Assembly: GCA_043818055.1 (NCBI GenBank)
Contig: JBDRGF010000147.1
Span: 1 to 23,854, forward strand
Direction of reading: 5' to 3'
Source: Pseudomonadota bacterium
GTDB lineage: Bacteria; UBA10199; 2-02-FULL-44-16; JBDRGF01
DNA length: 23,854 nt
The translations under genes were made by a program, and so were the position numbers. Positions within the stretch are counted from its first letter, which is position 1, and each line of letters begins with the position of its first letter. The notes below the pieces were generated by a model. That model was not told the DNA's origin, ran no database searches, and was given only the letters and a program-made list of their open reading frames with translations. Below, one piece after another: positions 1 through 9,289 of the stretch.

Positions 1-1
1 A

Positions 2-3000
2 CCGACAAAAACGATTCACGGGGTAAGTATTACTCGTTTGACCTCCGTAGCCGGATTGACACGTCGAAGCAAACCCTTCGTCTTTGTAATAGTGAACAAT
101 ATATCTGAACTATCGCAATACAGAAATTCCAGAGTCGATGGTGTCTATAAAAATAAGCATATTTACGTAAATGGTTGGGGTATCAAAGGGGATGCAAATA
201 CGTTGAGCATCTGGGGGATGAAAGAGGGAGATATAGGAACCGGGGCTTGGCTGACAGTGAAAAATGGAAATTTGAGGGAGGCATTCAAGTGCTCGTTTGA
301 GGATGGAATACCTTATATTCCTTTAAAAGGGAGAGATATTGAAAAGCTGACTAAGATCGACTCCGGGTTTATTTTGGTGTTAGGAAGAAATGTTAATGAT
401 CTAAAGCGATTAAATTCTTCTCATCTCAATCATGCAATAATCTATTGCGATCATAGCATGTATAAAAATGTATGGAATTCTAAAGATGCCGGGGAGATTT
501 TGGAGATCTGGGGAATGAATACAAATGCTAAGCCCGGTGCCTGGCAGCTTTCTTATGTAAATTATTATACAAAGAGAGCGCAGCTTCTTCAACGCTTTAG
601 TGCTAAAGTTATAGCTAGACCTAGACCTAGACCTAGACCTACACCGCCGGTAAGGCCGACTCCAAGACCAACAACGCCACCGGCACTGGTAGATGTTGCT
701 CCACCTCCATCACTCGAAACATCTCTCAATGTGGCAAGTGACATTATCGCGTTTTTGGATATCTTATTAAATAGGGGAGATGAAGCGAAAAAGCTCCCAA
801 AACAAAAGTTGAAAGATCTTCTCGATAAATCCTTTCTCAAAACGATAACGTATCTTGCCGCGTATCTTAAGAGAAATGATATAAGAGGATATAATAATTA
901 TGTGAAGAGAGTATCTAAAAGAAAATACCAGAGGGTGTTTATAAGACACGGATGGGCAAAGCAAATAAGAAATTTTAATAAATTTGTAAGGAAGTTTTCT
1001 GATTTTTCAAAGATCATGGAAAAAGGCATTCTTAATGAAATGGATGTAGCACGGATTATTGTTAAGAGGGGGGAGCCTAGTCGTAAAAGAATGCTGGTTC
1101 AAAAGGTGACAATCTGGATAAAAGCTCAAAAAGCAGCCGGAAAATCTAAGAGAGATGTTCTATTTGATATCTCGCCACTCTTTCTGAGAGGGAAGAAAAA
1201 AAGATATATAAATCAGGCAGGGTTGCAGGTTGTTGAAGAGTTGAATTTGATTTATGGAACAACTCCTCCACGCGGACGACCTGTGCTGGTGGGAATAGAT
1301 CCAAAACAAGCGCTTAGAAAAGGTTTTACAGCTCATCTTTCAAAATTTAGTGATAAATTTACACCAGCTCAGATTGGAATATGGATGAAGCTTTCTGTTT
1401 TGTACTTTAAGACTTATAGGAATAAATTCAGAGACAATCCTTTCACAGAGCAGCTTCAGGAATCCCATCGAAAATTGAGAACTCTACTCGCGGGGAAAAT
1501 TTTAGGCCTTAACGGGGCATTCAGGAAAAAACTTCTTAATGGAGAGGCCAGTTTTACCGAATACGAGAAGAGTGCCCGTCCGGTTAAAAGGTTGCTCGCT
1601 GCACTGTTGAAATTAAAAGATGGTGAAGCTCAAACATTAAGGTCGATGGGCTGGAATACTCTGATAGTTTGGATGATGAAAAGGATTAAACGTGTTGATC
1701 TGGAAGCAGGGGGTGTCATCAATAGGAAGACTTCTCATCTAAGGCTATTGATTCAGGGTAGTCCTGCAAGGGAAGTCGCAAGCGCTAAAGCGGCAGATGT
1801 GGAATCTAAGTTAAAGGAGAAGGTGTCCGATGTTCTGTGGTTTGATAATTTGAGTAAAGCTGTTGCGAAAGCCGAAACTTATCGTGATTTGCGTAAAGTA
1901 TATAGGGTTTTCGGATCTAAGTTTCGTCTTGTAAATGCGCGAAAAGCTCCGCGCTATCTAAAAGAGGCGGTGCATAATGTCGGCATAGGATACATGAAGA
2001 ATGCCCTGGAATTATGGTTCAACAGACGACTTGAAGCGGCAGGAACAAAGACTGAGCTGAAAAAACTGCGCAGAGATATGATTCTGGGGATCAGAAAGTC
2101 GGTTCGTGGAGTACCTCGTTATTTAAGCCGCGGTGTTTACCATTTGCGTAGGAAGTTTCTTCGTAAAATTAAGTCTCGTATCGATATCGTCAATAATCGT
2201 GCAAAATCTAATCTGGGGGAATTTCAAAGATTTGCATCACAATTTAATATATCTAAGCAACGTTCAAAACAAATTTTCAGAGCCTCCTCAAATGCAAAAA
2301 AGCAATCCCTCTTTCTCAAAGCTATAGCCCCTTATCTTAAAAGAAAATTTGAACAGATCTTCTATCGTAATGTTCGCGGAAAAAAGGTCTTTCGAAATGT
2401 CATCAAGGAAAATGCGGCAATGATATCAGGGCTCAAAGCTCTTCGTAGTGAGTTGAATAGAAAATTTCAATCACATTTGAGAACCCCTTTTATCAATAGA
2501 GCATTCACTGATATTCGTAGCGCGATCAATTTTAGTTGGATGGATACCAAATGGGTGGGGATGAAAGCTGGTGAGGATAGAAATTCATTGCGTAAAAGAA
2601 TAAATCCAATGCTGGGAAGAGTGAAAAAAGAACTCGATCCACTCATGCGTACAGCAATATTTGGTGTCTATTCCCATGGGAAGTTGTTGTTAACGGCTAT
2701 CATCACAGCGATGTCGCTGGGCGCCGTGAAGGCTTTTGTAGAAGATTTGGGAAGAAGAGAGCTTGGTAGGCGAGCATATCGTTTGATTAAAAGAGCGAGA
2801 GATCATGACGTGATTTTGTCCAATAAAAATGTCAGGGATAGATTGATTAATGCCTTTTATAAAAAGTATATGAAAAACAGTAAGCCATATTTGGCCCTCA
2901 TCAAAATGCGAAAACAGTTGAGGGGGACGATGGCGAGCGCAATTAGGCGCTTGAGGGAAAATACAACTACGATTAAGAATAATCCTGCTTTTGATTCTGA

Positions 3001-4456
3001 TATGTTCAAAAAATATGTAGGGTCATATAGAAGAGTTAAAAAGAGCTATGATATAGCAAATAGCTATCGTGTGAGGATTTCTGCGAATTTTACATCGCCG
3101 GTTAGGATCCTGAAACATTGGATTGATAAAATTTCAAGGAGCACTAATCAGGATAGAGCGAATGCGAAAAAAGTTATTCACGCGATAAAAAATAGTGGTT
3201 TTAGAGGGGGTGTTAAAAGTGCCCTTATGCAATATTATTCTCTGTCTATCAGGCAGCAACCGGCAAGACGGACTCCACCTCCCATAAGGGTGAGTAAGAT
3301 AATCTTTAGTGTTTTTGGTTCTGCGAAATTGAGACCGAAAAAACAAACTTCTGGAGATTTTAGATTAGACGGAAACGATCCCAAAAAGTGGGTTGACAAA
3401 CTTTTAAGTGGAGTAAGAATTTTATCACTTACAGACGTCCAGTGGAGTTATGTTGTTAATAAGTTCGATGAGTGGAAAAAACAAAGTAATATAATGGATA
3501 GAAATAGGTTTAATGCTTCAATCAGATCTCTGCGAAGTGTCAGGGATACATTTTTCAAATTAAATTTGGTAGGTAACTACGTAGCTCTTACATCACATCT
3601 CAATGCTTTATTCGAGGTGAGAGATTTGCTAATCAAGGTGTTATTAAGTGGTTCAACTCAACATCAAAAAATCTTCATACAACAGGCAATCAAGAAGGCG
3701 ACCGTTGGGATTAGAAAGTTTAATTCGATGTATGATCGTAAAATAACAGAGGCACTGACAGAAATAAACAGAATAGGATCTTCTATAACCAAAGCAAGAG
3801 CTTTTACCAAACCAAATTCAGTTACTGCGCTCAGAGTGAAAAAACTGCTCTACTATACCACAGTGCTTAAGAGAAAGGCTGATTATGGAAAATTCAAAAT
3901 GGAGCTGCCGAGTTCAGTTGAAACATTGAGAAAAAAATGGAACGCTCTCATAAAACAGGCCGATAAACCAATAACCATTACGGTAAATGATGTTTCTCTG
4001 ACGCGTCAGATAAATCTCGAAAAATATATCCAACGTCTTGGGGTGAGAAGGAAGGATGTTGTGAGGATTAGGTTATTAAGGCTTGCACCGAATCAAAGTG
4101 GTCTAAGCTTTTTCCTTGCTAAGGAATCTCTTGAGTTTGGAAAGATGATTAAGATAAAAATCAGAAAGATCAGTGGTGGCAGGATGCCTACTAATCAGGA
4201 GATTAATCGATATCTTAATCCTAAATTTACACAGAGACATACCGGTGCTGGAAAAGGATATAAACTCGTTGCAAAATATTCAATACGTTTTTTTAGAAGA
4301 CACATTAAAGCTAGCATAAGTTTTAAGTCTGAATACGATTATGGACAGGAAGCATTGAAACAAAAGATCAGAAAAGATTTTCGATCAATTCTCAAATACA
4401 TTCCCCACCATGCTTCCGGCACTCTACATTACAAAGGTACCTATAATTTTAGATAG
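2..4456 (+). CDS. Very large (>1484 aa) Lys/Arg-rich hypothetical protein, probably 5'-truncated by the window edge
   Basis: Frame 2 has no stop from position 2 (ccg aca aaa acg att cac ggg gta...) to TAG at 4454-4456, so the TTG at 38 is probably not the true start. AT-richer than the downstream operon. Contains a Pro/Arg linker (RPRPRPRPTPPVRPTPRPTTPP) and an N-terminal duplicated module. No family recognised. Confidence 0.85.
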   Translation, partial: PTKTIHGVSITRLTSVAGLTRRSKPFVFVIVNNISELSQYRNSRVDGVYKNKHIYVNGWGIKGDANTLSIWGMKEGDIGTGAWLTVKNGNLREAFKCSFEDGIPYIPLKGRDIEKLTKIDSGFILVLGRNVNDLKRLNSSHLNHAIIYCDHSMYKNVWNSKDAGEILEIWGMNTNAKPGAWQLSYVNYYTKRAQLLQRFSAKVIARPRPRPRPTPPVRPTPRPTTPPALVDVAPPPSLETSLNVASDIIAFLDILLNRGDEAKKLPKQKLKDLLDKSFLKTITYLAAYLKRNDIRGYNNYVKRVSKRKYQRVFIRHGWAKQIRNFNKFVRKFSDFSKIMEKGILNEMDVARIIVKRGEPSRKRMLVQKVTIWIKAQKAAGKSKRDVLFDISPLFLRGKKKRYINQAGLQVVEELNLIYGTTPPRGRPVLVGIDPKQALRKGFTAHLSKFSDKFTPAQIGIWMKLSVLYFKTYRNKFRDNPFTEQLQESHRKLRTLLAGKILGLNGAFRKKLLNGEASFTEYEKSARPVKRLLAALLKLKDGEAQTLRSMGWNTLIVWMMKRIKRVDLEAGGVINRKTSHLRLLIQGSPAREVASAKAADVESKLKEKVSDVLWFDNLSKAVAKAETYRDLRKVYRVFGSKFRLVNARKAPRYLKEAVHNVGIGYMKNALELWFNRRLEAAGTKTELKKLRRDMILGIRKSVRGVPRYLSRGVYHLRRKFLRKIKSRIDIVNNRAKSNLGEFQRFASQFNISKQRSKQIFRASSNAKKQSLFLKAIAPYLKRKFEQIFYRNVRGKKVFRNVIKENAAMISGLKALRSELNRKFQSHLRTPFINRAFTDIRSAINFSWMDTKWVGMKAGEDRNSLRKRINPMLGRVKKELDPLMRTAIFGVYSHGKLLLTAIITAMSLGAVKAFVEDLGRRELGRRAYRLIKRARDHDVILSNKNVRDRLINAFYKKYMKNSKPYLALIKMRKQLRGTMASAIRRLRENTTTIKNNPAFDSDMFKKYVGSYRRVKKSYDIANSYRVRISANFTSPVRILKHWIDKISRSTNQDRANAKKVIHAIKNSGFRGGVKSALMQYYSLSIRQQPARRTPPPIRVSKIIFSVFGSAKLRPKKQTSGDFRLDGNDPKKWVDKLLSGVRILSLTDVQWSYVVNKFDEWKKQSNIMDRNRFNASIRSLRSVRDTFFKLNLVGNYVALTSHLNALFEVRDLLIKVLLSGSTQHQKIFIQQAIKKATVGIRKFNSMYDRKITEALTEINRIGSSITKARAFTKPNSVTALRVKKLLYYTTVLKRKADYGKFKMELPSSVETLRKKWNALIKQADKPITITVNDVSLTRQINLEKYIQRLGVRRKDVVRIRLLRLAPNQSGLSFFLAKESLEFGKMIKIKIRKISGGRMPTNQEINRYLNPKFTQRHTGAGKGYKLVAKYSIRFFRRHIKASISFKSEYDYGQEALKQKIRKDFRSILKYIPHHASGTLHYKGTYNFR
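615..641 (+). repeat. In-frame hexamer tandem repeat (CTAGAC)x4.5 encoding an Arg-Pro repeat
   Basis: ctagac ctagac ctagac ctagac cta, read directly from the sequence. Confidence 0.95.
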
Positions 4457-4485
4457 TCCACAAATCCTATATTTATCAAACACGT

Positions 4486-4499
4486 CAAATTCCCGACAT
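4486..4499 (+). repeat. 14-nt intergenic motif CAAATTCCCGACAT, copy 1 (the inverted copy is at 16345-16358)
   Basis: Exact reverse-complement match to 16345-16358. Both copies are intergenic and lie upstream of a start codon in the same relative orientation. Confidence 0.55.
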
Positions 4500-4544
4500 G
4501 AAGCCCTCGACAACTTTGTTTGTGTGTGGTAGAAGTTACCCACC

Positions 4545-5666
4545 ATGTCAGAAAAGCCATTACAATCCAGAATCGAAGAGCTCGAGAGGCTCTTAGGAAT
4601 CGTCGAGCGTGGCAAGCATATGTGGGAATCGACGTTCGACGCAATTACCCAGCCTGTCCATATCATTTCCAGCGATTACATAATTCAGAGGGCCAATCTG
4701 GCTGAGTCGCAGATTCCGAAACTTCATATCAGGGATGTGATAGGGAAAAAGTGTTTCGAGGCCTTTGCAGGGCGAAATAGCCCCTGTGAGGGTTGTCCCA
4801 TGCAGAGAGCTATAACGAAAAATGGTTCCCACAAAGAGCTCCTGAAAAACGAAATTCATGAGCATGAGTTCGAGGTCAACGCTTTTCCATATAAGTCTGA
4901 TGATGGCGAAAAGGTCAGCGCAGTTGTCTATTATAGAGATGTCACCGAGGAGAAGCGGTTACAAAGAGAGGTTATTCAGCAGGAGAAGATGGCTGCTATA
5001 GGTATTCTCGCTGGTGGAGTCGCGCATGAGATCAACAATCCCCTATCCGGCATCATCGCATTTACCCAGCTCTTGAAGAAGGATGTAGGGGAGCAGGAAT
5101 CGATCAAAGAGGATCTCAAAGAGATAGAGAAGGCTGCGCTCAGGTGCAAGAAGATCGTCGCTGACCTTCTCGATTACTCGAGGGCATCGAGGGAGCAGGA
5201 GCGTTGTCCTGTTGATCTCAACGGGCTGCTCGAGAGGATATTCCCATTCATCAAGGGGGAGCTGACATCATATAATGTTAATTTCAACTTCGAAGAGGGA
5301 AAAGGGATACCTCCCGTCATTGGAAATCCCGACAGGCTCCAGCAGGTCTTTTTGAATTTGATGACCAATGCGTGCCACTCCATGCCCCACGGGGGAAAGC
5401 TCAGCGTGCGCACATCGCAAAAGGATAGCGCAGTCAGGATTGAAGTCGAGGATAGTGGAGTCGGCATTCCTGAGAAGGATATGAATAAAATTTTCGATCC
5501 CTTTTTCACCACAAAAGAGCCGGGAAAAGGGACAGGACTCGGTCTTTCTATAAGCTACAGAATAATAAAGGAACATGGCGGTAGGATAGAAGCGAAGAGC
5601 GAAGAGGGAAAAGGGACGTTGTTCTCGGTAGAGCTTCCGGTTGCGAATTTATCCAAGGGGGAATGA
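4545..5666 (+). CDS. Cytoplasmic PAS-domain sensor histidine kinase (NtrB/ZraS-like)
   Basis: H-box [11 protein letters not shown]-box [11 protein letters not shown]1 VEDSGVGI, F-box [10 protein letters not shown]2 GKGTGLGL. N-terminal PAS-like region ending YYRDVTE. No transmembrane segment evident. Confidence 0.95.
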   Translation: MSEKPLQSRIEELERLLGIVERGKHMWESTFDAITQPVHIISSDYIIQRANLAESQIPKLHIRDVIGKKCFEAFAGRNSPCEGCPMQRAITKNGSHKELLKNEIHEHEFEVNAFPYKSDDGEKVSAVVYYRDVTEEKRLQREVIQQEKMAAIGILAGGVAHEINNPLSGIIAFTQLLKKDVGEQESIKEDLKEIEKAALRCKKIVADLLDYSRASREQERCPVDLNGLLERIFPFIKGELTSYNVNFNFEEGKGIPPVIGNPDRLQQVFLNLMTNACHSMPHGGKLSVRTSQKDSAVRIEVEDSGVGIPEKDMNKIFDPFFTTKEPGKGTGLGLSISYRIIKEHGGRIEAKSEEGKGTLFSVELPVANLSKGE

Positions 5667-5668
5667 TC

Positions 5669-7048
5669 ATGTCAAAGATCCTGATAGTTGATGATGAAGT
5701 AGTGATAAGGCGCGCGCTTGAAAAGTTTTTGGCATCGAAGGGACATGAAATACTGTGCGCCGAGGATGGAGTGAAGGCGCTTAAAGTTGCTGAAGAAAAT
5801 ATTATAGATCTGGCGCTTGTCGATCTTGTCATGCCTAAGATGGATGGTATCGAATTTATTACAAAGTTGAAAATTCAGCAGCCTGAAGCGGTTGCAATAG
5901 TTCTCACAGCTTTTGGAACGATATCCTCTGCCGTGCAAGCCATGAAAGCAGGTGCTTATCATTACATTACGAAACCCTTTGAACTCGATGATGTCGGGTC
6001 GCTTATCTACTCGGCACTGGAACACAAAAATCTAAAACGCGAAAATGTCGAACTGAAGATTCAGCTCAAAGAGAAGTATCGTTTTGAAAATATAGTCGGA
6101 ACGAGTGAGCCCATCAACTCCGTATTTGATATGGTGGAGAGGGTAGCTCCTACTGACAGCACGATTTTAATATTGGGAGAGAGCGGTACAGGCAAAGAAT
6201 TGATAGCCAAGGCGATACACTTCAACAGTTTGAGACGTGATGCTCCGCTGGTGATCGTCAATTGTGCAGCGATCCCCGAGGGACTTTTGGAATCGGAACT
6301 CTTTGGTCATGTGAGGGGCTCTTTCACAGGTGCGATCGCAAATAAGATGGGAAAATTCGAAGCGGCTGATACAGGAACCATTTTTCTGGATGAAATTGGC
6401 GATATGTCGATGAACCTGCAAGTTAAGCTATTGCGCGTTTTGCAGGAACAATGCTTCGAGTCTGTGGGCTCCACTAAAACTCACAAGGTCGATGTCAGGA
6501 TAATTGCCGCTACCAATCAGGATTTGGAAAAGGCGGTAAAGGAGAAGCGGTTTAGAGAGGATCTCTATTATCGTTTGAACGTTATTCCCGTTTTTATTCC
6601 GCCTCTGCGCGAACGAAGAAGCGACATTCCAATTCTTCTCGATCACTTTATTCAGAAGTTCAATACGAACATGAAGCATAACGTGACCGGAATAGGCGAG
6701 TATGCCATGGAGGCGCTTGAAAGCTATAACTGGCCCGGCAATGTCAGAGAGCTGGAAAATCTGGTCGAGCGCCTGGTCGTCCTGCATAAAGAGGGTTTAA
6801 TTGAACCCGATGAACTTCCCTCTCAATTCAGGAATCTGGTTCCCCATGTCGATAAGAAAGGGGTGTTTTGTACGGAAATCCCTGACGAAGGCATGTCTTT
6901 CAAAGATGCCGTCGATGAATTCGAAAATTCGCTGATCATTCAGGCGCTCAAAAAGACCGGCGGAAATAAAAATCAGGCTGCGACTTTGCTTGGTCTGAAC
7001 AGAACGACACTGGTCGAGAAGATAAAGAAAAAGGGTATTGATATATAG
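5669..7048 (+). CDS. NtrC-family sigma54-dependent response regulator (REC-AAA+-Fis HTH)
   Basis: REC ILIVDDE...LVDLVMP; Walker [15 protein letters not shown] loop; Walker [43 protein letters not shown] 5669 chosen because AAGGGGG lies 7 nt upstream; ATG 5663 overlapping the kinase stop is the alternative. Confidence 0.95.
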   Translation: MSKILIVDDEVVIRRALEKFLASKGHEILCAEDGVKALKVAEENIIDLALVDLVMPKMDGIEFITKLKIQQPEAVAIVLTAFGTISSAVQAMKAGAYHYITKPFELDDVGSLIYSALEHKNLKRENVELKIQLKEKYRFENIVGTSEPINSVFDMVERVAPTDSTILILGESGTGKELIAKAIHFNSLRRDAPLVIVNCAAIPEGLLESELFGHVRGSFTGAIANKMGKFEAADTGTIFLDEIGDMSMNLQVKLLRVLQEQCFESVGSTKTHKVDVRIIAATNQDLEKAVKEKRFREDLYYRLNVIPVFIPPLRERRSDIPILLDHFIQKFNTNMKHNVTGIGEYAMEALESYNWPGNVRELENLVERLVVLHKEGLIEPDELPSQFRNLVPHVDKKGVFCTEIPDEGMSFKDAVDEFENSLIIQALKKTGGNKNQAATLLGLNRTTLVEKIKKKGIDI

Positions 7049-7071
7049 TCAGTTACCATAGGAGATGCGAA

Positions 7072-8484
7072 ATGAGAGAAGATTTTACTAATCTGTTGGT
7101 TGTTGATGATGATCGCACCCTGACTAAGGTTTTTGAAAAATTATCAAAGGATCACACGTGGTCGTATTCGGTTGCCATGACGGGGACGGAGGCACGGGAT
7201 CTTCTGGGACAGAATTTTTTTGAAGTCGCCCTAATCGATGTTCGACTCCCCGGTTTTACAGGCATACAGATTCTCGAATACATCAAACAGAACAATCTTC
7301 CGACAGAGGTCGTCATAATGACGGGACTCGGCACCGTAGAAACAGCCGTCGATGCCATCAAAAAGGGCGCCTATGATTACCTGACCAAACCCTTTGACGA
7401 TATCGAAAGGGTCGCGAGGGTTATAGAGAAGGCGATGGAGCGCAATAGACTGGTGCGCCGGCTCCATATACTTGAGAGAAAGTCTCCGACAGAGGTTGAG
7501 TATGAGGGCATAATCGGCAAAAGCCCGAGGATGCAGGAGATATACGCAACTATAGATGCCATAGCGCCGACCCCATCCACGGTTTTGATTCTTGGGGAGA
7601 GCGGGACGGGGAAGGAATTGATAGCCAGGGCCATTCATAGACGTTCTACAAGGGTCGATAAACCTTTTGTGGTCATCAATTGCGCAGCGATACCGAGTGA
7701 GCTTTTGGAGTCTGAACTCTTCGGCCACAAACGAGGCTCTTTCACTGGCGCTATAATGGATAAAAAGGGGCTCTTCGAGGAGGCTGATGGCGGAACAGTT
7801 TTTCTCGATGAAATAGCGGATATTCCACCTAACATACAGGTCAAGCTTTTGAGGGTATTGCAGGAGGGAGAAATTAGAGCTGTTGGCGAGAACAATTCAC
7901 AGCAGGTGGATGTGAGAATTGTCGCTGCGACGAATGTAGATCTTGTCAAAGCAGTGCATGATGGGCGTTTCAGAGAAGATCTCTTTTATCGGCTGAATGT
8001 GATAGGTATCAATCTTCCACCGCTCAGAGAGCGATTGGACGACATCCCGATTTTAGCCCAGCATTTTCTCGACAAATACAACAAGCGCGCCAACAAGAGC
8101 ATAACGACAATTTCAATCGATGCGATGCAATCGCTTCAGCATTATCGTTGGGTTGGAAATGTGCGGGAGTTGGAAAATATAATAGAGAGGGCCGTGGTGT
8201 TGACCAGAGACAATGTAATCAGGGCACAGGACCTTCCCTCCAAAGTATTAGGAGACTCTTTTTATCAGGTGGCCGAGGAAGTTAAAGAAGATATCACGCA
8301 TCTCTCATATCGATTGGCCAAGGAGAAGGCTTTGAGTGCCTTTAACAGGGCGTATATAACTGCCCTCATGAAGGATGCTAAAGGGAATATCTCTATAGCG
8401 GCAGATAAGGCCGGTATGGACAGGAGCAATTTTAAAAAGTTGATCAAGCGTTACAAGATGGATATAGGAAAGTTTAGAGACTAA
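7072..8484 (+). CDS. Second NtrC-family sigma54-dependent response regulator
   Basis: REC LLVVDDD...[64 protein letters not shown] upstream. Confidence 0.95.
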   Translation: MREDFTNLLVVDDDRTLTKVFEKLSKDHTWSYSVAMTGTEARDLLGQNFFEVALIDVRLPGFTGIQILEYIKQNNLPTEVVIMTGLGTVETAVDAIKKGAYDYLTKPFDDIERVARVIEKAMERNRLVRRLHILERKSPTEVEYEGIIGKSPRMQEIYATIDAIAPTPSTVLILGESGTGKELIARAIHRRSTRVDKPFVVINCAAIPSELLESELFGHKRGSFTGAIMDKKGLFEEADGGTVFLDEIADIPPNIQVKLLRVLQEGEIRAVGENNSQQVDVRIVAATNVDLVKAVHDGRFREDLFYRLNVIGINLPPLRERLDDIPILAQHFLDKYNKRANKSITTISIDAMQSLQHYRWVGNVRELENIIERAVVLTRDNVIRAQDLPSKVLGDSFYQVAEEVKEDITHLSYRLAKEKALSAFNRAYITALMKDAKGNISIAADKAGMDRSNFKKLIKRYKMDIGKFRD

Positions 8485-8507
8485 CAATTTAATGAAAGCG
8501 AGGAGAG

Positions 8508-8846
8508 ATGAACATCAAAATTCAATCATTGGGTGGAGTAAAGGTTTTACATTGCGATGGTTCATTGGATGCTGATACCGTCGAAGCGTTTAAAGAGGTA
8601 TCCTACAAGCTCATCAATGAAGGGACGAACAATTTCGTAATAGACTGCACTGAGGTTCAGTTTGTGGACAGCATCGGTCTTGGAGCTCTCATCTCACTTT
8701 TGAGAAGGGTTCGCGAGAAAGAGGGTGACGTTAAGATCTCCTCCTTAAACGAAGATGTTAAGACGATTTTTGAAATCACCAGGCTTCATCGCCTGTTTGA
8801 AATCAGCGCGGACTGGAAAACAGCCGCGAAGAGCTTTAACAGATAA
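8508..8846 (+). CDS. STAS-domain anti-sigma factor antagonist (RsbV/SpoIIAA-like)
   Basis: 112 aa; G-x-LD motif; phosphoacceptor motif FVDSIGLGAL; FEITRL; GAGGAG RBS. Confidence 0.92.
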   Translation: MNIKIQSLGGVKVLHCDGSLDADTVEAFKEVSYKLINEGTNNFVIDCTEVQFVDSIGLGALISLLRRVREKEGDVKISSLNEDVKTIFEITRLHRLFEISADWKTAAKSFNR

Positions 8847-8857
8847 TAGGGTTTATT

Positions 8858-9289
8858 ATGTCACTTTATCATCATTCCTTTTCTGTCAAAAGCGATCCTC
8901 ATAATATAAATTCATTGCGCCAGTGGATTTCTGAGGTGGGGGAAAAGCTTGAACTCTCCGGTTTTTGCAGAAAAGCCCGATTTCATATTTCCGCGTCCCT
9001 TGTGGAGGCAGTCGACAATGCCATCTTTCATGCGCACAAGGGAATGAAGGATAATCTCATAGATATATCCTTTACAGTCGATACCCAAACGGCGATATTG
9101 GAAGTCGCTGACAATGGAGAGGGCATCAAAAATTTTTCTCCCAAACTCGTGTCCGAATATGAAGAGCACGGGAGAGGTTTGTATATCATAAATCAGTTGA
9201 TGTCCGAGGTGCAAAGCGTATTTAAAAACGGCAAACATCACCTCGTTATGAAATATAATTTTAATGATAAGAGGGTGGATAATGAATAA
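8858..9289 (+). CDS. RsbW/SpoIIAB-like anti-sigma factor serine kinase (HATPase_c_2)
   Basis: N-box EAVDNAIFH, G1 VADNGEG, G2 EHGRGLYII; follows the STAS gene. Confidence 0.9.
   Translation: MSLYHHSFSVKSDPHNINSLRQWISEVGEKLELSGFCRKARFHISASLVEAVDNAIFHAHKGMKDNLIDISFTVDTQTAILEVADNGEGIKNFSPKLVSEYEEHGRGLYIINQLMSEVQSVFKNGKHHLVMKYNFNDKRVDNE

Noticed and set aside
20..31. GGGGTAAGTATT identical to 17592-17603, i.e. complementary to the candidate sRNA seed
   Set aside because: A 12-nt match in 24 kb is plausible by chance and lies inside an open frame; worth rechecking only if the sRNA is confirmed.
38..40. TTG start for the giant ORF
   Set aside because: The frame is open upstream to the window edge and there is no well-spaced RBS.
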